From assembly GCA_035510575.1 (NCBI GenBank), contig DATKGV010000008.1, positions 68,618 to 132,617 of the forward strand: a stretch of 64,000 bases of DNA, in the 5' to 3' direction. Below are positions 37,071 to 45,740 of this stretch, one piece after another. The notes beneath the pieces were generated by a model. The model did no database searches. It worked only from the letters and a program-made list of their open reading frames with translations, and was not told the DNA's origin. The DNA comes from Minisyncoccota bacterium (lineage in GTDB: Bacteria; Patescibacteriota; Minisyncoccia; Phycocordibacterales; UBA9973). A program made the position numbers and the translations under genes. The number at the start of each line of letters is the position of its first letter. Positions within the stretch are counted from its first letter, which is position 1.

Positions 37071-38123
37071 TTATCTTTTTTTCTTTTTACCATAAAATAA
37101 TTTCTGATGCCTGTTGCAGAAATGCGCGCTGCGGCCGTCAAGGACTTTCCTTATTATAACACCATCGCAACCTTTCTTTCCACAAGGGTCGCCTCGCTTG
37201 CCGTAGGCATTATGATGATTCTGAAATCTGCCTCTTTTTCCGTTAATATCCCTATAATCCGACATTGAATCGCCGCCGAAATCTATGCCTTTGCTTAAAA
37301 CTTCTTTCATTGATTTATAAAGCAGCTGCAATTGCTTTATCGGAATGCAAACAGATTTTGATTCAGGATGAATGCCAGCCATCCAAAGCATCTCGTCGGA
37401 ATATATGTTGCCAATGCCGGCTATAACTGATTGATTCATCAAGACGGTTTTTATATTGCCATTTGTTTTCGTACCTAATCTTTCTTTGAATTTTAGAAAT
37501 GTGAAATTTTTATCCAAAGGTTCCGGCCCGATATTTTTCAGATGAATGCTTTCACTGGCAGTATCGGTATTCATCAGCGTTACTTTGCCGAATTTGCGCG
37601 CATCGGAAAACACGAATTGCTTGCCGTTTGAAAGAGAGAAAACAACATGTATGAATCTGTTATATAGATCATGCAGCGCCGCGCGCTCGTCGGGACTGGG
37701 GGACCAAGACCCCACTCTTCGCCCTCCCCTTGGCAAGGGGAGCCTGCCCGAATGACTCGGTCGGGCGGGGGTTGGGGAGGGGTGAAAAACATATTTGCCG
37801 TAAATAATATGCCCAGTCATTTTCAGATGTATTAAGATTGTGTTTTTTCTCCCCCTGCCTGAGGGGGAGTGGCCAGAGGCCGAGGGGGTGGGAGAAAGAT
37901 TTATCAAAATATTCTTGGCCCGGCGTTCTACATTTAAAATTTTACTTCCAACAACTTCCTTCTTGAATTTTTTATAGAAGGCTTCATCCTTGATTGTATT
38001 TTTAAACTGTTTAATTTTCTGGTTCTTTTTAGCCAAATCAGTCCAAACATCAGCAATAGACAAGCCCGGCAGGACTTTTTGCAAGCCATTTACTGTTGTT
38101 GTAACTTCTGGCAATTCCGGCAT
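37071..38123 (-). CDS. fpg: formamidopyrimidine-DNA glycosylase (Fpg/MutM) carrying two in-frame GC-rich repeat insertions
   Basis: N-terminal PELPEVTT (catalytic Pro2/Glu3), H2TH region, C-terminal zinc finger CGKKGCDG...CNRHQ; 350 aa vs ~270-290 typical, the excess being Pro/Ser/Arg/Gly-rich segments encoded by 37688-37785 and 37849-37892. Confidence 0.7.
   Translation of the reverse strand: MPELPEVTTTVNGLQKVLPGLSIADVWTDLAKKNQKIKQFKNTIKDEAFYKKFKKEVVGSKILNVERRAKNILINLSPTPSASGHSPSGRGRKNTILIHLKMTGHIIYGKYVFHPSPTPARPSHSGRLPLPRGGRRVGSWSPSPDERAALHDLYNRFIHVVFSLSNGKQFVFSDARKFGKVTLMNTDTASESIHLKNIGPEPLDKNFTFLKFKERLGTKTNGNIKTVLMNQSVIAGIGNIYSDEMLWMAGIHPESKSVCIPIKQLQLLYKSMKEVLSKGIDFGGDSMSDYRDINGKRGRFQNHHNAYGKRGDPCGKKGCDGVIIRKVLDGRSAHFCNRHQKLFYGKKKKR
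37688..37785. repeat. GC-rich palindromic element inserted in-frame in fpg (insertion 2)
   Basis: ccctccccttggcaaggggag hairpin and gggcgggggttggggaggggtg; same CCCCT-N4-5-AGGGG family as 7098-7186, 10155-10243 and the DUF559 IRs; encodes HPSPTPARPSHSGRLPLPRGGRRVGSWSPSP. Confidence 0.65.
37849..37892. repeat. GC-rich palindromic element inserted in-frame in fpg (insertion 1)
   Basis: ctccccctgcctgagggggag hairpin plus ggccagaggccgagggggtgggag; encodes PTPSASGHSPSGRGRKN between conserved Fpg beta-strands. Confidence 0.65.
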
Positions 38124-38124
38124 A

Positions 38125-38709
38125 TTATCTTCTACTTAATATTTTTAATGCTTCTTTAATACGGGCGTTGGCTCCTTCTGCCTTGTCGGGGATTTGTTTG
38201 AAAGCGTCGCGGGCCTCGCTTTGCGAATAGCCGAGGGACTTGAGCGCTTCTATCACATCGCCTTCATCGCGAAGCGAATTTTGGTCGCCAGCTTTTCCTT
38301 TATACGATTGCAATTTGTCACGAAGCTCAAGAACTATCTTCTCGGCTGTTTTCTTGCCTATGCCCGAGACCTTATTCAAATAGCTCGTATCTCCGGTAGC
38401 AATAGCTTTCTTGAGCGTATTTAATGATGCCACACCTAAAATGGATAAGGCGGACTTTGGTCCAATGCCTGACACGTCAAGCAGAAGCTCAAAGAAAGAC
38501 ATTTCTTCAATTGAAGCAAAACCGTAAAGATCAAGAGAATTTTCCCGGACCGCCATATATGTCCAAAACGATGAATTATCTCCCAATCGGCAAGAATTTA
38601 TAGTGTCGGCTGTAGTGTAAATTTTATAGCCGACGCCTTTGACATCAACGATTAAGAATTTATCCGTTATATATACTATCGTCCCTTCTATTCGAGCAAT
38701 CATAATCAA
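38125..38709 (-). CDS. ruvA: Holliday junction DNA helicase subunit RuvA
   Basis: MIARIEGTIVYI..VDVKGVGYKIY OB-fold start, two HhH motifs (GIGPKSALSIL, GIGKKTAEKIV), C-terminal domain III. Confidence 0.8.
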   Translation of the reverse strand: MIMIARIEGTIVYITDKFLIVDVKGVGYKIYTTADTINSCRLGDNSSFWTYMAVRENSLDLYGFASIEEMSFFELLLDVSGIGPKSALSILGVASLNTLKKAIATGDTSYLNKVSGIGKKTAEKIVLELRDKLQSYKGKAGDQNSLRDEGDVIEALKSLGYSQSEARDAFKQIPDKAEGANARIKEALKILSRR

Positions 38710-38809
38710 ATAATAGCAAATATTGCAAATTCTAGCTATTTCTGGTAATATGCTTCTACCAATTCATAATTATTAATTCGTAATTAATCCGCCAGCCGGT
38801 GGAAAAGAT

Positions 38810-39064
38810 ATGCCAATTACAAAATCAGCTAAAAAAGCTCTGCGCGGATCGCTTGCCAAGAAAGCCGTTAATGACCGACGAAGCAAAATCGTCAAGGAAT
38901 CAATCAAGAATATTGAAAAGCTTATAAAAGAGAATAAAAAAGCCGAAGCCAAGAAGCTCCTTTCCATCGCCTATAGCGCCATAGACAAGGCGGCCAAGAC
39001 GGGAATTATCAAAGCCAACAATGCCTCGCGCAAAAAATCTCGCTTATCCAGGATAACCAAGTAA
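38810..39064 (+). CDS. rpsT: 30S ribosomal protein S20
   Basis: MPITKSAKKALRGSLAKKAVNDRRSK...A(I/L)DKAAKTGIIKANNASRKKSRL, canonical S20. Confidence 0.8.
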   Translation: MPITKSAKKALRGSLAKKAVNDRRSKIVKESIKNIEKLIKENKKAEAKKLLSIAYSAIDKAAKTGIIKANNASRKKSRLSRITK

Positions 39065-39084
39065 GTTTGTAGTATAATAAAGAA

Positions 39085-39351
39085 ATGAAAAATTTGCTTT
39101 TTTTCTATGGGCTTGAATGCGAATATTGCCGAGAAATGAATAAAATAATAGACCAGCTGATATCCGAAGGATATGACATTGAAAAGCTTGAGACATGGCA
39201 CAACAAAGACAATGAAGAAATGATGGTTAATCTTGATAAAGGCGACGATCCGTGCGGCGGAGTCCCTTTCCTGTTGAATCAAAAAACAGGAAAAACAATT
39301 TGCGGAAAGGTCTCATACAAGAAATTAAAAAAATGGGCGGAAGGCGAATGA
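39085..39351 (+). CDS. glutaredoxin/NrdH-like small thioredoxin-fold protein
   Basis: 88 aa, CEYC active-site CxxC near the N-terminus and a GGVPFL cis-Pro region. Confidence 0.5.
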   Translation: MKNLLFFYGLECEYCREMNKIIDQLISEGYDIEKLETWHNKDNEEMMVNLDKGDDPCGGVPFLLNQKTGKTICGKVSYKKLKKWAEGE

Positions 39352-39359
39352 ATAAATTA

Positions 39360-39408
39360 AAAAATCCCCGTCAACATCTGTGAAGTTGTGGCGGGGATTT
39401 TTTAATTT
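39360..39408. terminator. bidirectional terminator hairpin
   Basis: aaaaatccccg...cggggatttttt 10-bp GC stem flanked by A and T runs, between convergent genes. Confidence 0.5.
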
Positions 39409-39411
39409 GAA

Positions 39412-39705
39412 TTATTGTTTAGGAGTTGGTATTGTCCCTTGTGTCGTGTCTTTCAGTATATTTGGTCCGCCATTATAACCCCACATCATGCCTCTACCGC
39501 CGAAATTATTGTATCTGGCCATGGCTTTTAATTCTCCAAGCTGAGTGCCCAAGCAAAATGCGATAATAACAATAACAATCCAAATAATTTTCTTTATCAT
39601 GCGGCATTTCTTCCAACCGCAGCACCCATGATGCATGTCGCCATGATTGCAACCACATTTGCCGCAATCGCCGCCGTTGCAAACATTATTGTTTTCCATA
39701 TTCAT
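39412..39705 (-). CDS. small Cys/His-rich membrane protein (possible metal-binding)
   Basis: 97 aa: N-terminal CNGGDCGKCGCNHGDMHHGCCGWKKC cluster, one TM (IIWIVIVIIAFCLG), Gly-rich C-terminus. Confidence 0.35.
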   Translation of the reverse strand: MNMENNNVCNGGDCGKCGCNHGDMHHGCCGWKKCRMIKKIIWIVIVIIAFCLGTQLGELKAMARYNNFGGRGMMWGYNGGPNILKDTTQGTIPTPKQ

Positions 39706-39946
39706 ATCGTTTATATAATAATTTATTTAATAATAAAAAATTCGACTGCAAGGTCTATTATATCACACTTTATGATTCTCATCTGTCTCGGAATTTGAGC
39801 AATGAGACCGTGTAAGGACATTCTAGCATAATTATGATTTTTGGAATGAAGTCCCTCGGTCTGGGTCTTGTTTTTGTGAATGAGACAAATAAGACACTAT
39901 AATGATCTATTTTAATTTACCTAAAAAGGTTATAGAATGAGTCAAT

Positions 39947-42166
39947 ATGAACAATCAGGAAAAGGTAAATATTAATGCCAAGTCATCAGTTGAAAAGAAG
40001 GCTTTATCATCGGTTGAATTAGTAAAAAACCTTACTAATAAATACCCAGAAATGGAATGGCTTACTGGTAATGTTGATTCTACTCCAGAAGCAAGCATTT
40101 CAGGACAAGTTGAGGGTACTGTCGGCAAACAGATTTTTTCAAATCTTGATAAAAAGGATTTAATTGAGTTTGATAGAACTGCAGTTGGAATATTAACACT
40201 CTATTGGGCTGATAATGGAGATTATGATAGTTTCACCGCATGTCAAAAGGAACCGACAAAACTAACAAAAGAAAGTTTTAAGAAGCTTCAAGAATATTCA
40301 AAATCTATCTTACAAAATCAAGAAGATATTGAAGCTATGGAAACTTTTATGGTTATCAATGATCTTGGAAAGATTAAGGGTGTTGTAGAAAATATTACAG
40401 AGAAATCTGGTATAAAAGATATAGATCATGACAAGATGCTTCTCATTGGATTAGAAAAACATCCTGAAATTTCACCTAGTTTTCAAAAATTATCTTCTCA
40501 TCATAAAGAGCTTATATTAAATGGTTTGAAAACAAAATTTAACATCGGACAATTTATCAGAGGTGAAAGTATGCCTGCAAGCTTGGAAGGATTAAAAGAC
40601 GTAGATCAAGAGAGCTTGAGATTTTATCTTTTACATTCTCTGTATGACATGGCAGGTGCAGCTGGACAATTTGTCCAGAATGGATCAGTTGTAATGACTG
40701 AGCCGTTATATAAAGATTTTAGTTCAGCAGTTGATTTAGTTGAAAAACTTGGTCAAGGAAAGACAGCAGATGAAGCTTATAATTCATACCTTAATCAAAA
40801 AGCTGAAAATTTAGGTTTTAATCCTTTGTCTCCAGAAGATCGAGCGATGACAAGAATTTGCTGTATGCTTAGTATTTCCAATATAGAACAAGCACAAGAA
40901 GTTAAAAAAATATTTTCAGAACTACCTAAAAATACTCATGCCATACTTGAAGCTGATTTGAACAAAAAAGGCACTGATGATGGGCTAGCAACGCTTATAT
41001 ATTACGCTCCTTCTTTTCTATTAAATCTTCAAAAGAAATTTAATGATAATAAAGAACCAGACGCTTTTAAAAAAGCTCTTTCATTGGGATTAACTACTCT
41101 TGCTAGAGTATTTCAAGAAGCGAGAATTGCTAATAAAGGAAAGGAAGATAATGGTATTTATACTGTTATGGCATCTTCGCTTGCAAAAGTAGCCACTGAA
41201 AATCCAGATAAATTATCAAAACAAGAAATTAAGTTAAAAATTATCGGTAATGACGCAGAAGTTGAACTTATTGGTGTTCCAGAAATCAATAAAGATAAGT
41301 TCACTAAAATTGCTAATCTAACAGAAATTTCAGGCAAAAGAATTATTCCCATTGGAATTGGCGGTGGATCAGATTGCATACAAGCATCATTGCTTGCAGA
41401 GATGCTTAAAAAATCTGGCAAAGAATGTCCTTGTGTTGTTTCAATTCGCACAGAAAAGACTGAATCATTAAGTAACAATGGAAAAGTTGGGGACAAGAGA
41501 GTTATAGAAAACTATGGCGAAGAAATTAAGAAAGGTGTTTACCTTATCACACCAGAAACTACGGGCTCTGGCAGGTTCTTGGAAAATATACCAACGCATG
41601 ATGTTCCTGTATATTTAGTTATTGAACAAGAAAGTATCAATTTATCAGAACAAATAAATTTTGTATTAGAAAAAGTTGGTGGAATAGATACCATAGTTGC
41701 AGTTGATACTGGTGGCGATGCACTATATTCCTCCACTAATAAAAATGAAGCAGAAACAACTCCGAATCAAGATTTACGAAGTCTTAAAGCCATAAATGAT
41801 CTTTCTGGAGTTCAGAAAATAAGTTGTGAAATTGCTGTCGGGATAGATACCCCTGCAAATGGGGAAAGTATCTTACTTAGTGCAAATGCAAAATATTATG
41901 AACCAACAACGGAAGAGATAAAATTAATTTTAGAAAAATACAAAGAATGGCAAATGGACGGCTCAAATGATTCTAGATATGGCAAGACGCCTCTTGCTTG
42001 GCAGAAAGCATTACAAGATAAATTCGGTTTTCAAGAAGTTGATTTGCCTACAAAAGTAGTACTTGATAAAAATAATCCTTGGAAACCATTTATTCATACT
42101 CAGCCAAGCACTAAAGGTATGTTCTTCATGGATATTGAGAATCATTTAAGAAGTATAAATCATTAA
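39947..42166 (+). CDS. large hypothetical cytoplasmic protein (739 aa)
   Basis: No recognised family. Notable motifs are DIDHDKMLLIGLEKH...LLHSLYDMAG (HD-like?) and paired IGIGGGSD / VAVDTGGD segments in the C-terminal half. The gene is bounded by terminators. Confidence 0.45.
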   Translation: MNNQEKVNINAKSSVEKKALSSVELVKNLTNKYPEMEWLTGNVDSTPEASISGQVEGTVGKQIFSNLDKKDLIEFDRTAVGILTLYWADNGDYDSFTACQKEPTKLTKESFKKLQEYSKSILQNQEDIEAMETFMVINDLGKIKGVVENITEKSGIKDIDHDKMLLIGLEKHPEISPSFQKLSSHHKELILNGLKTKFNIGQFIRGESMPASLEGLKDVDQESLRFYLLHSLYDMAGAAGQFVQNGSVVMTEPLYKDFSSAVDLVEKLGQGKTADEAYNSYLNQKAENLGFNPLSPEDRAMTRICCMLSISNIEQAQEVKKIFSELPKNTHAILEADLNKKGTDDGLATLIYYAPSFLLNLQKKFNDNKEPDAFKKALSLGLTTLARVFQEARIANKGKEDNGIYTVMASSLAKVATENPDKLSKQEIKLKIIGNDAEVELIGVPEINKDKFTKIANLTEISGKRIIPIGIGGGSDCIQASLLAEMLKKSGKECPCVVSIRTEKTESLSNNGKVGDKRVIENYGEEIKKGVYLITPETTGSGRFLENIPTHDVPVYLVIEQESINLSEQINFVLEKVGGIDTIVAVDTGGDALYSSTNKNEAETTPNQDLRSLKAINDLSGVQKISCEIAVGIDTPANGESILLSANAKYYEPTTEEIKLILEKYKEWQMDGSNDSRYGKTPLAWQKALQDKFGFQEVDLPTKVVLDKNNPWKPFIHTQPSTKGMFFMDIENHLRSINH

Positions 42167-42229
42167 TTTTAAATAAATAAAAAACACACCAGTATAATAT
42201 AAACTGATGTGCTTGATTTGTTGTTCTCT

Positions 42230-42697
42230 TTAAATTACCTCAACCTTTAAATTCTCTACAACAAAGACCTCATCTTGGTTGTATACTCCTAATATTGGGA
42301 TAATCAAACTATGTTCTGTAACACCTGACTTAGGATCTTTATAGGTAAAAGAAATTTTTAAACTTTTTCCCACAAAATTGTTGATTTTCTTCAATCTAAA
42401 AACCCAATCTCCGTCAATTGCACTTGTTTCGTTAAATACCCACTTAATTGACCAGCCAGCTTGTGAATATTTTTTGATAATTTCACCTACTACTCTTTCA
42501 TCACAACCTGCTCCAGTAGTTTTATCTCCTATTTTGAAATAATGACTGTGAGGATAGGGTTCAGGTTTAACATCTAGTTTCTTACCTTCAAGGTAGTATT
42601 TCATGATATGATCGTCAATTTGCTTTTCGTAAAGAGCGATCATTTTCTTTTGGTCATCTGTGAAGATTTCCTCAATGCCTTCAGTGTTTATAGCCAT
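42230..42697 (-). CDS. hypothetical protein
   Basis: 155-aa ORF, no recognisable motif. Confidence 0.4.
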   Translation of the reverse strand: MAINTEGIEEIFTDDQKKMIALYEKQIDDHIMKYYLEGKKLDVKPEPYPHSHYFKIGDKTTGAGCDERVVGEIIKKYSQAGWSIKWVFNETSAIDGDWVFRLKKINNFVGKSLKISFTYKDPKSGVTEHSLIIPILGVYNQDEVFVVENLKVEVI

Positions 42698-42807
42698 GAT
42701 TTTATGTATTTAATTGTTTATATTCAAGTTTAATTAGAAAAGAGCTTCTATTAAGTAGTATGATAGCATATTTTACTTGACTTGTCAATGATTCTATGTT
42801 ATCTTAA

Positions 42808-43239
42808 ATGAAAATATTGTTCCACTTAAAATCTATAATTATGCAAGAAAAGTATTCCTATTTAGACTACAAAATCTGTCTTTCCCTGCTTAAGTCAATA
42901 AAACTTAAAAATGGAAGATTGCTGGAAATTCAAACCATTGAAGATGCTATGCCTATGGATATAAATCATATAGATGTACAGGGTATTAGTATTGAGGACA
43001 CATGGCTGATTCATGCAATAATTGATGACAAGAAGACTCAGACAATTTTTGAGTTTGGTATGATCAATAATGGTGAATGCTTTGTCAGTCGTCAAAAATA
43101 CGATGAGGATCATGATTTTTCAGAAGATATTACCGATTATGGCAATGCTGTCTGGAAATTTTGTGAAATAATCCATGATTACAGAAGAATAACTACGTTA
43201 ACAACTAGGTTAAATAACCTAATAAAAAGAAGAAAATAA
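42808..43239 (+). CDS. hypothetical protein
   Basis: 143-aa ORF, no recognisable motif. Confidence 0.35.
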   Translation: MKILFHLKSIIMQEKYSYLDYKICLSLLKSIKLKNGRLLEIQTIEDAMPMDINHIDVQGISIEDTWLIHAIIDDKKTQTIFEFGMINNGECFVSRQKYDEDHDFSEDITDYGNAVWKFCEIIHDYRRITTLTTRLNNLIKRRK

Positions 43240-43337
43240 TTTATAACCATTCATCGAGTATATCGGTGGGTGGTTATTTATTTTTTTAACTATTTAGAAT
43301 TTTATATGCTCTTCGTGTACAAGAACTTCGCACGACG

Positions 43338-43412
43338 TGGTGATCCCGGCAGGAATCGAACCTGCATCATAACTTCCGCAAAGTTACGTCCTATCCATTG
43401 AACGACGGGACC
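43338..43412 (-). tRNA. tRNA-Arg (anticodon GCG), CCA encoded
   Basis: The minus-strand sequence GGTCCCGTCGTTCAATGGATAGGACGTAACTTTGCGGAAGTTATGATGCAGGTTCGATTCCTGCCGGGATCACCA folds as a cloverleaf. It has a 7-bp acceptor stem, a GG-containing D-loop, anticodon stem TAACT/AGTTA with loop TTGCGGA, and T-arm GCAGG-TTCGATT-CCTGC. Confidence 0.65.
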
Positions 43413-43470
43413 AAATATCACCTTATAAATCTACACTATCAGATACATATTCGCAAGCAAATATAAAATA

Positions 43471-43500
43471 AAAAAAGCGCTTATTTAAGCGCTTTTTTTA
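43471..43500. terminator. bidirectional rho-independent terminator
   Basis: aaaaaagcgcttatttaagcgcttttttt. Confidence 0.55.
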
Positions 43501-43501
43501 T

Positions 43502-44041
43502 TTAAACTCCGAGCTTTTCCATCAATTGCATTGATTTAGATTCTTCCAACTCGGCATTCGGCACGAATTTCAAGAGCGATTCCCTGATCTGCCCGATTAA
43601 ATTGGCAGGAATGGGTATAGTATAAACCGGCAGGAAATATTTGCTTGTCTGTATCAATAATTTGGGATTCTTGCCGTCTTTTTTTATATCAAAACTTTTG
43701 ATGTTTTTCCATGAATATTTATCCCTGCCCATAGTGATGCCTTCAGTTTCAATAATGAAACTAATTTCTTGCGGATGGCGGATATTAAACATCGCCAAAC
43801 AGCATCCGGAAATGAATATAAACACAGCAAACAGATAATTGCGTATCCAAACAGCTAAAACGCACACAGCCAAAGTTATAAGCCCCATGGTCCAGAACCA
43901 ATCGGTGCTATGTTCTTTGTGGTCATACTCCGGCGCGGACCATTCTATTTTATTTATAGTTATTTCTTCCACTCTTATATTATAACGCTTTTCATTTTTT
44001 AAGGAAGAGCTCCCTGTCTTTTTTAAAAAAGAAAACGGCAA
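43502..44041 (-). CDS. membrane protein (two TM + PH-like cytoplasmic domain), hypothetical
   Basis: 179 aa with two adjacent hydrophobic helices (WFWTMGLITLAVCVLAVWI, LFAVFIFISGCCLAMF). Confidence 0.4.
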   Translation of the reverse strand: MPFSFLKKTGSSSLKNEKRYNIRVEEITINKIEWSAPEYDHKEHSTDWFWTMGLITLAVCVLAVWIRNYLFAVFIFISGCCLAMFNIRHPQEISFIIETEGITMGRDKYSWKNIKSFDIKKDGKNPKLLIQTSKYFLPVYTIPIPANLIGQIRESLLKFVPNAELEESKSMQLMEKLGV

Positions 44042-44630
44042 TCTTGAAAATGCTGTAAGTTATGAAGAAGGCGGCCAGGACATCTATCGAGTAGTGCAAA
44101 TGCGCCATTAAGACGACTATTCCGAACATAACAGACGTGGCGATGAAAAGATAGCGGAAAAACTTGTCTTCCCAAAATATCAAGGCCATCAGAAATGGCA
44201 GGCCGGTATGCCCCGAGAAAAACAAATCGCCGCCGAAAGTGAATTTGCTGATAAGATTATTGGGATCTATGAAACTATGGATAGGGAAAGGCCCGATATG
44301 CGTCAAGCTTATGAAAATAGACCTTATAATCACAAACAAAGCTATGCTTTTCACAGTGAAGGGAAGGCGCTGGGGATGATAAAAGCAAACCAAAGTTATG
44401 AATATGAAAAATATGACTGATCCGTAAACAAAAATGCCGTCAAGATCAAAGACCGGAATATTGCTCAAGATAATATCGGTCACGGAATTGCTCGCTCGCT
44501 CTGTCGCATACGACCCGGCATAAAAATTAATAATGGCGCTGACAATCAGAAAAGCGAAAGCAACAGACACGGAGACGACAAATCGCTTATCCGATATGCA
44601 AGACCCACATCTTTTTATCCAATTTCTCAT
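43992..44630 (-). CDS. PAP2-family (type 2 phosphatidic acid phosphatase) membrane phosphatase
   Basis: PAP2 motif 2 SGHTG (FFSGHTGLPF) and motif 3 HYSIDVLAAF; 5-6 TM helices. Confidence 0.55.
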   Translation of the reverse strand: MRNWIKRCGSCISDKRFVVSVSVAFAFLIVSAIINFYAGSYATERASNSVTDIILSNIPVFDLDGIFVYGSVIFFIFITLVCFYHPQRLPFTVKSIALFVIIRSIFISLTHIGPFPIHSFIDPNNLISKFTFGGDLFFSGHTGLPFLMALIFWEDKFFRYLFIATSVMFGIVVLMAHLHYSIDVLAAFFITYSIFKIAVFFFKKDRELFLKK

Positions 44631-45097
44631 GAAATATGTTTTCTAATTGATTTTACTAATTCCGACGAGCTTCTGACTTTACCACCTCTACCGACATTAT
44701 AAACTATTTCTATGCCGAGTTTTTTACACAGGTTAATATCTTTATATAAAGAAGATTTCGGATCTCTAGAATCTTTTTCATTTCTGTCTCCTCCATTTGC
44801 AAATATATCTGGATGAATCGCCTCTAAATATTTTCTAATACTCATATCCTTTGCATTTTTTTTATGACTGCTTAATACTACGCGATCAACTGCTCGAAAG
44901 GCCTCAAGGATTTCTTTGCGATCAGCTTCCGGCATAAAGACAAAACCTTTCTTAGCCATCAGCCAATTATCGTTGTTGAGAACCACCACGAGCTCATCGC
45001 CCAATTTTTTCGCTTCTTTGAACATCCGCACATGGCCAATATGAACGGGATCAAATCCGCCAGAGACCATCACTACTTTTTTCACTTTTTTACTCAT
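44627..45097 (-). CDS. cytidylyltransferase-family nucleotidyltransferase (HxGH class)
   Basis: VMVSGGFDPVHIGHVRMF (H/TxGH motif) as in RfaE-domain II/TagD/RibL enzymes; 156 aa; 4-nt ATGA overlap with downstream gene. Confidence 0.5.
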   Translation of the reverse strand: MSKKVKKVVMVSGGFDPVHIGHVRMFKEAKKLGDELVVVLNNDNWLMAKKGFVFMPEADRKEILEAFRAVDRVVLSSHKKNAKDMSIRKYLEAIHPDIFANGGDRNEKDSRDPKSSLYKDINLCKKLGIEIVYNVGRGGKVRSSSELVKSIRKHIS

Positions 45098-45740
45098 ATA
45101 ATATAAGCTTGATGACCTTTATTATATCACATTTTTTTTGCAGATATCACGCTCTTAACTTTTGAACTATTTTATTTGAATGCAAAAGACATCAGCACGA
45201 TAGTCAAAGCGTTCAAAATTACCAACGCAAACACAAATGCTGTTTTTGAAGGCATTGCATTAGGGTTTATTAAAATATAGATTGTGTAGATTATTGCAAC
45301 AATCGCGGCACCGAGAAAGTTTCCTTTTATCATAGTTTTATAATTAGATAAGTTAATAAGACATTTGACCTTTAAAGATTATATCATTTCCTAACTGGCG
45401 GTGTACTCGGGTATGGTACCCAGAGGGTCAACCCTTGTAAGGGTATTCTAGCATATTCTCACTGCTGAAATTCAGCTTTGTGGGTCGCGGTCATAATTTC
45501 CGCAATGAGACACATGAGACACTTTTTTGGCTATTCCGCCGAGACTGTCTCGAGTGTCTCATCGCCATTTGAGCCAGATTTTTCAAGGGCTTCCTGCTCA
45601 ACTTGCATCATCAAGATGCTACAGAGCCGATCCACGAAGAATTGGCCGTCTGGCGTTTGCAGTACATTCTCGGGGGTTTGGTTGGTGGGCTTTTCCATAT
45701 AAGCCCACCATACCAAATCTCAAGATTTTTGGCACGCTCT

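Noticed and set aside
37546-37792. Small ORFs 37546..37755 (+) and 37580..37792 (-) inside fpg
   Set aside because: Generated by the GC-rich palindromic insertion; the fpg frame across the insert is intact and bracketed by conserved Fpg segments.
45390-45740. tmRNA/tRNA-like integration target or small ORFs (45478..45702 etc.) at the element junction
   Set aside because: No T-loop/acceptor features of tRNA or tmRNA could be found by eye. The overlapping multi-frame ORFs have no coding signal, and the region is better explained as a regulatory/attachment zone.
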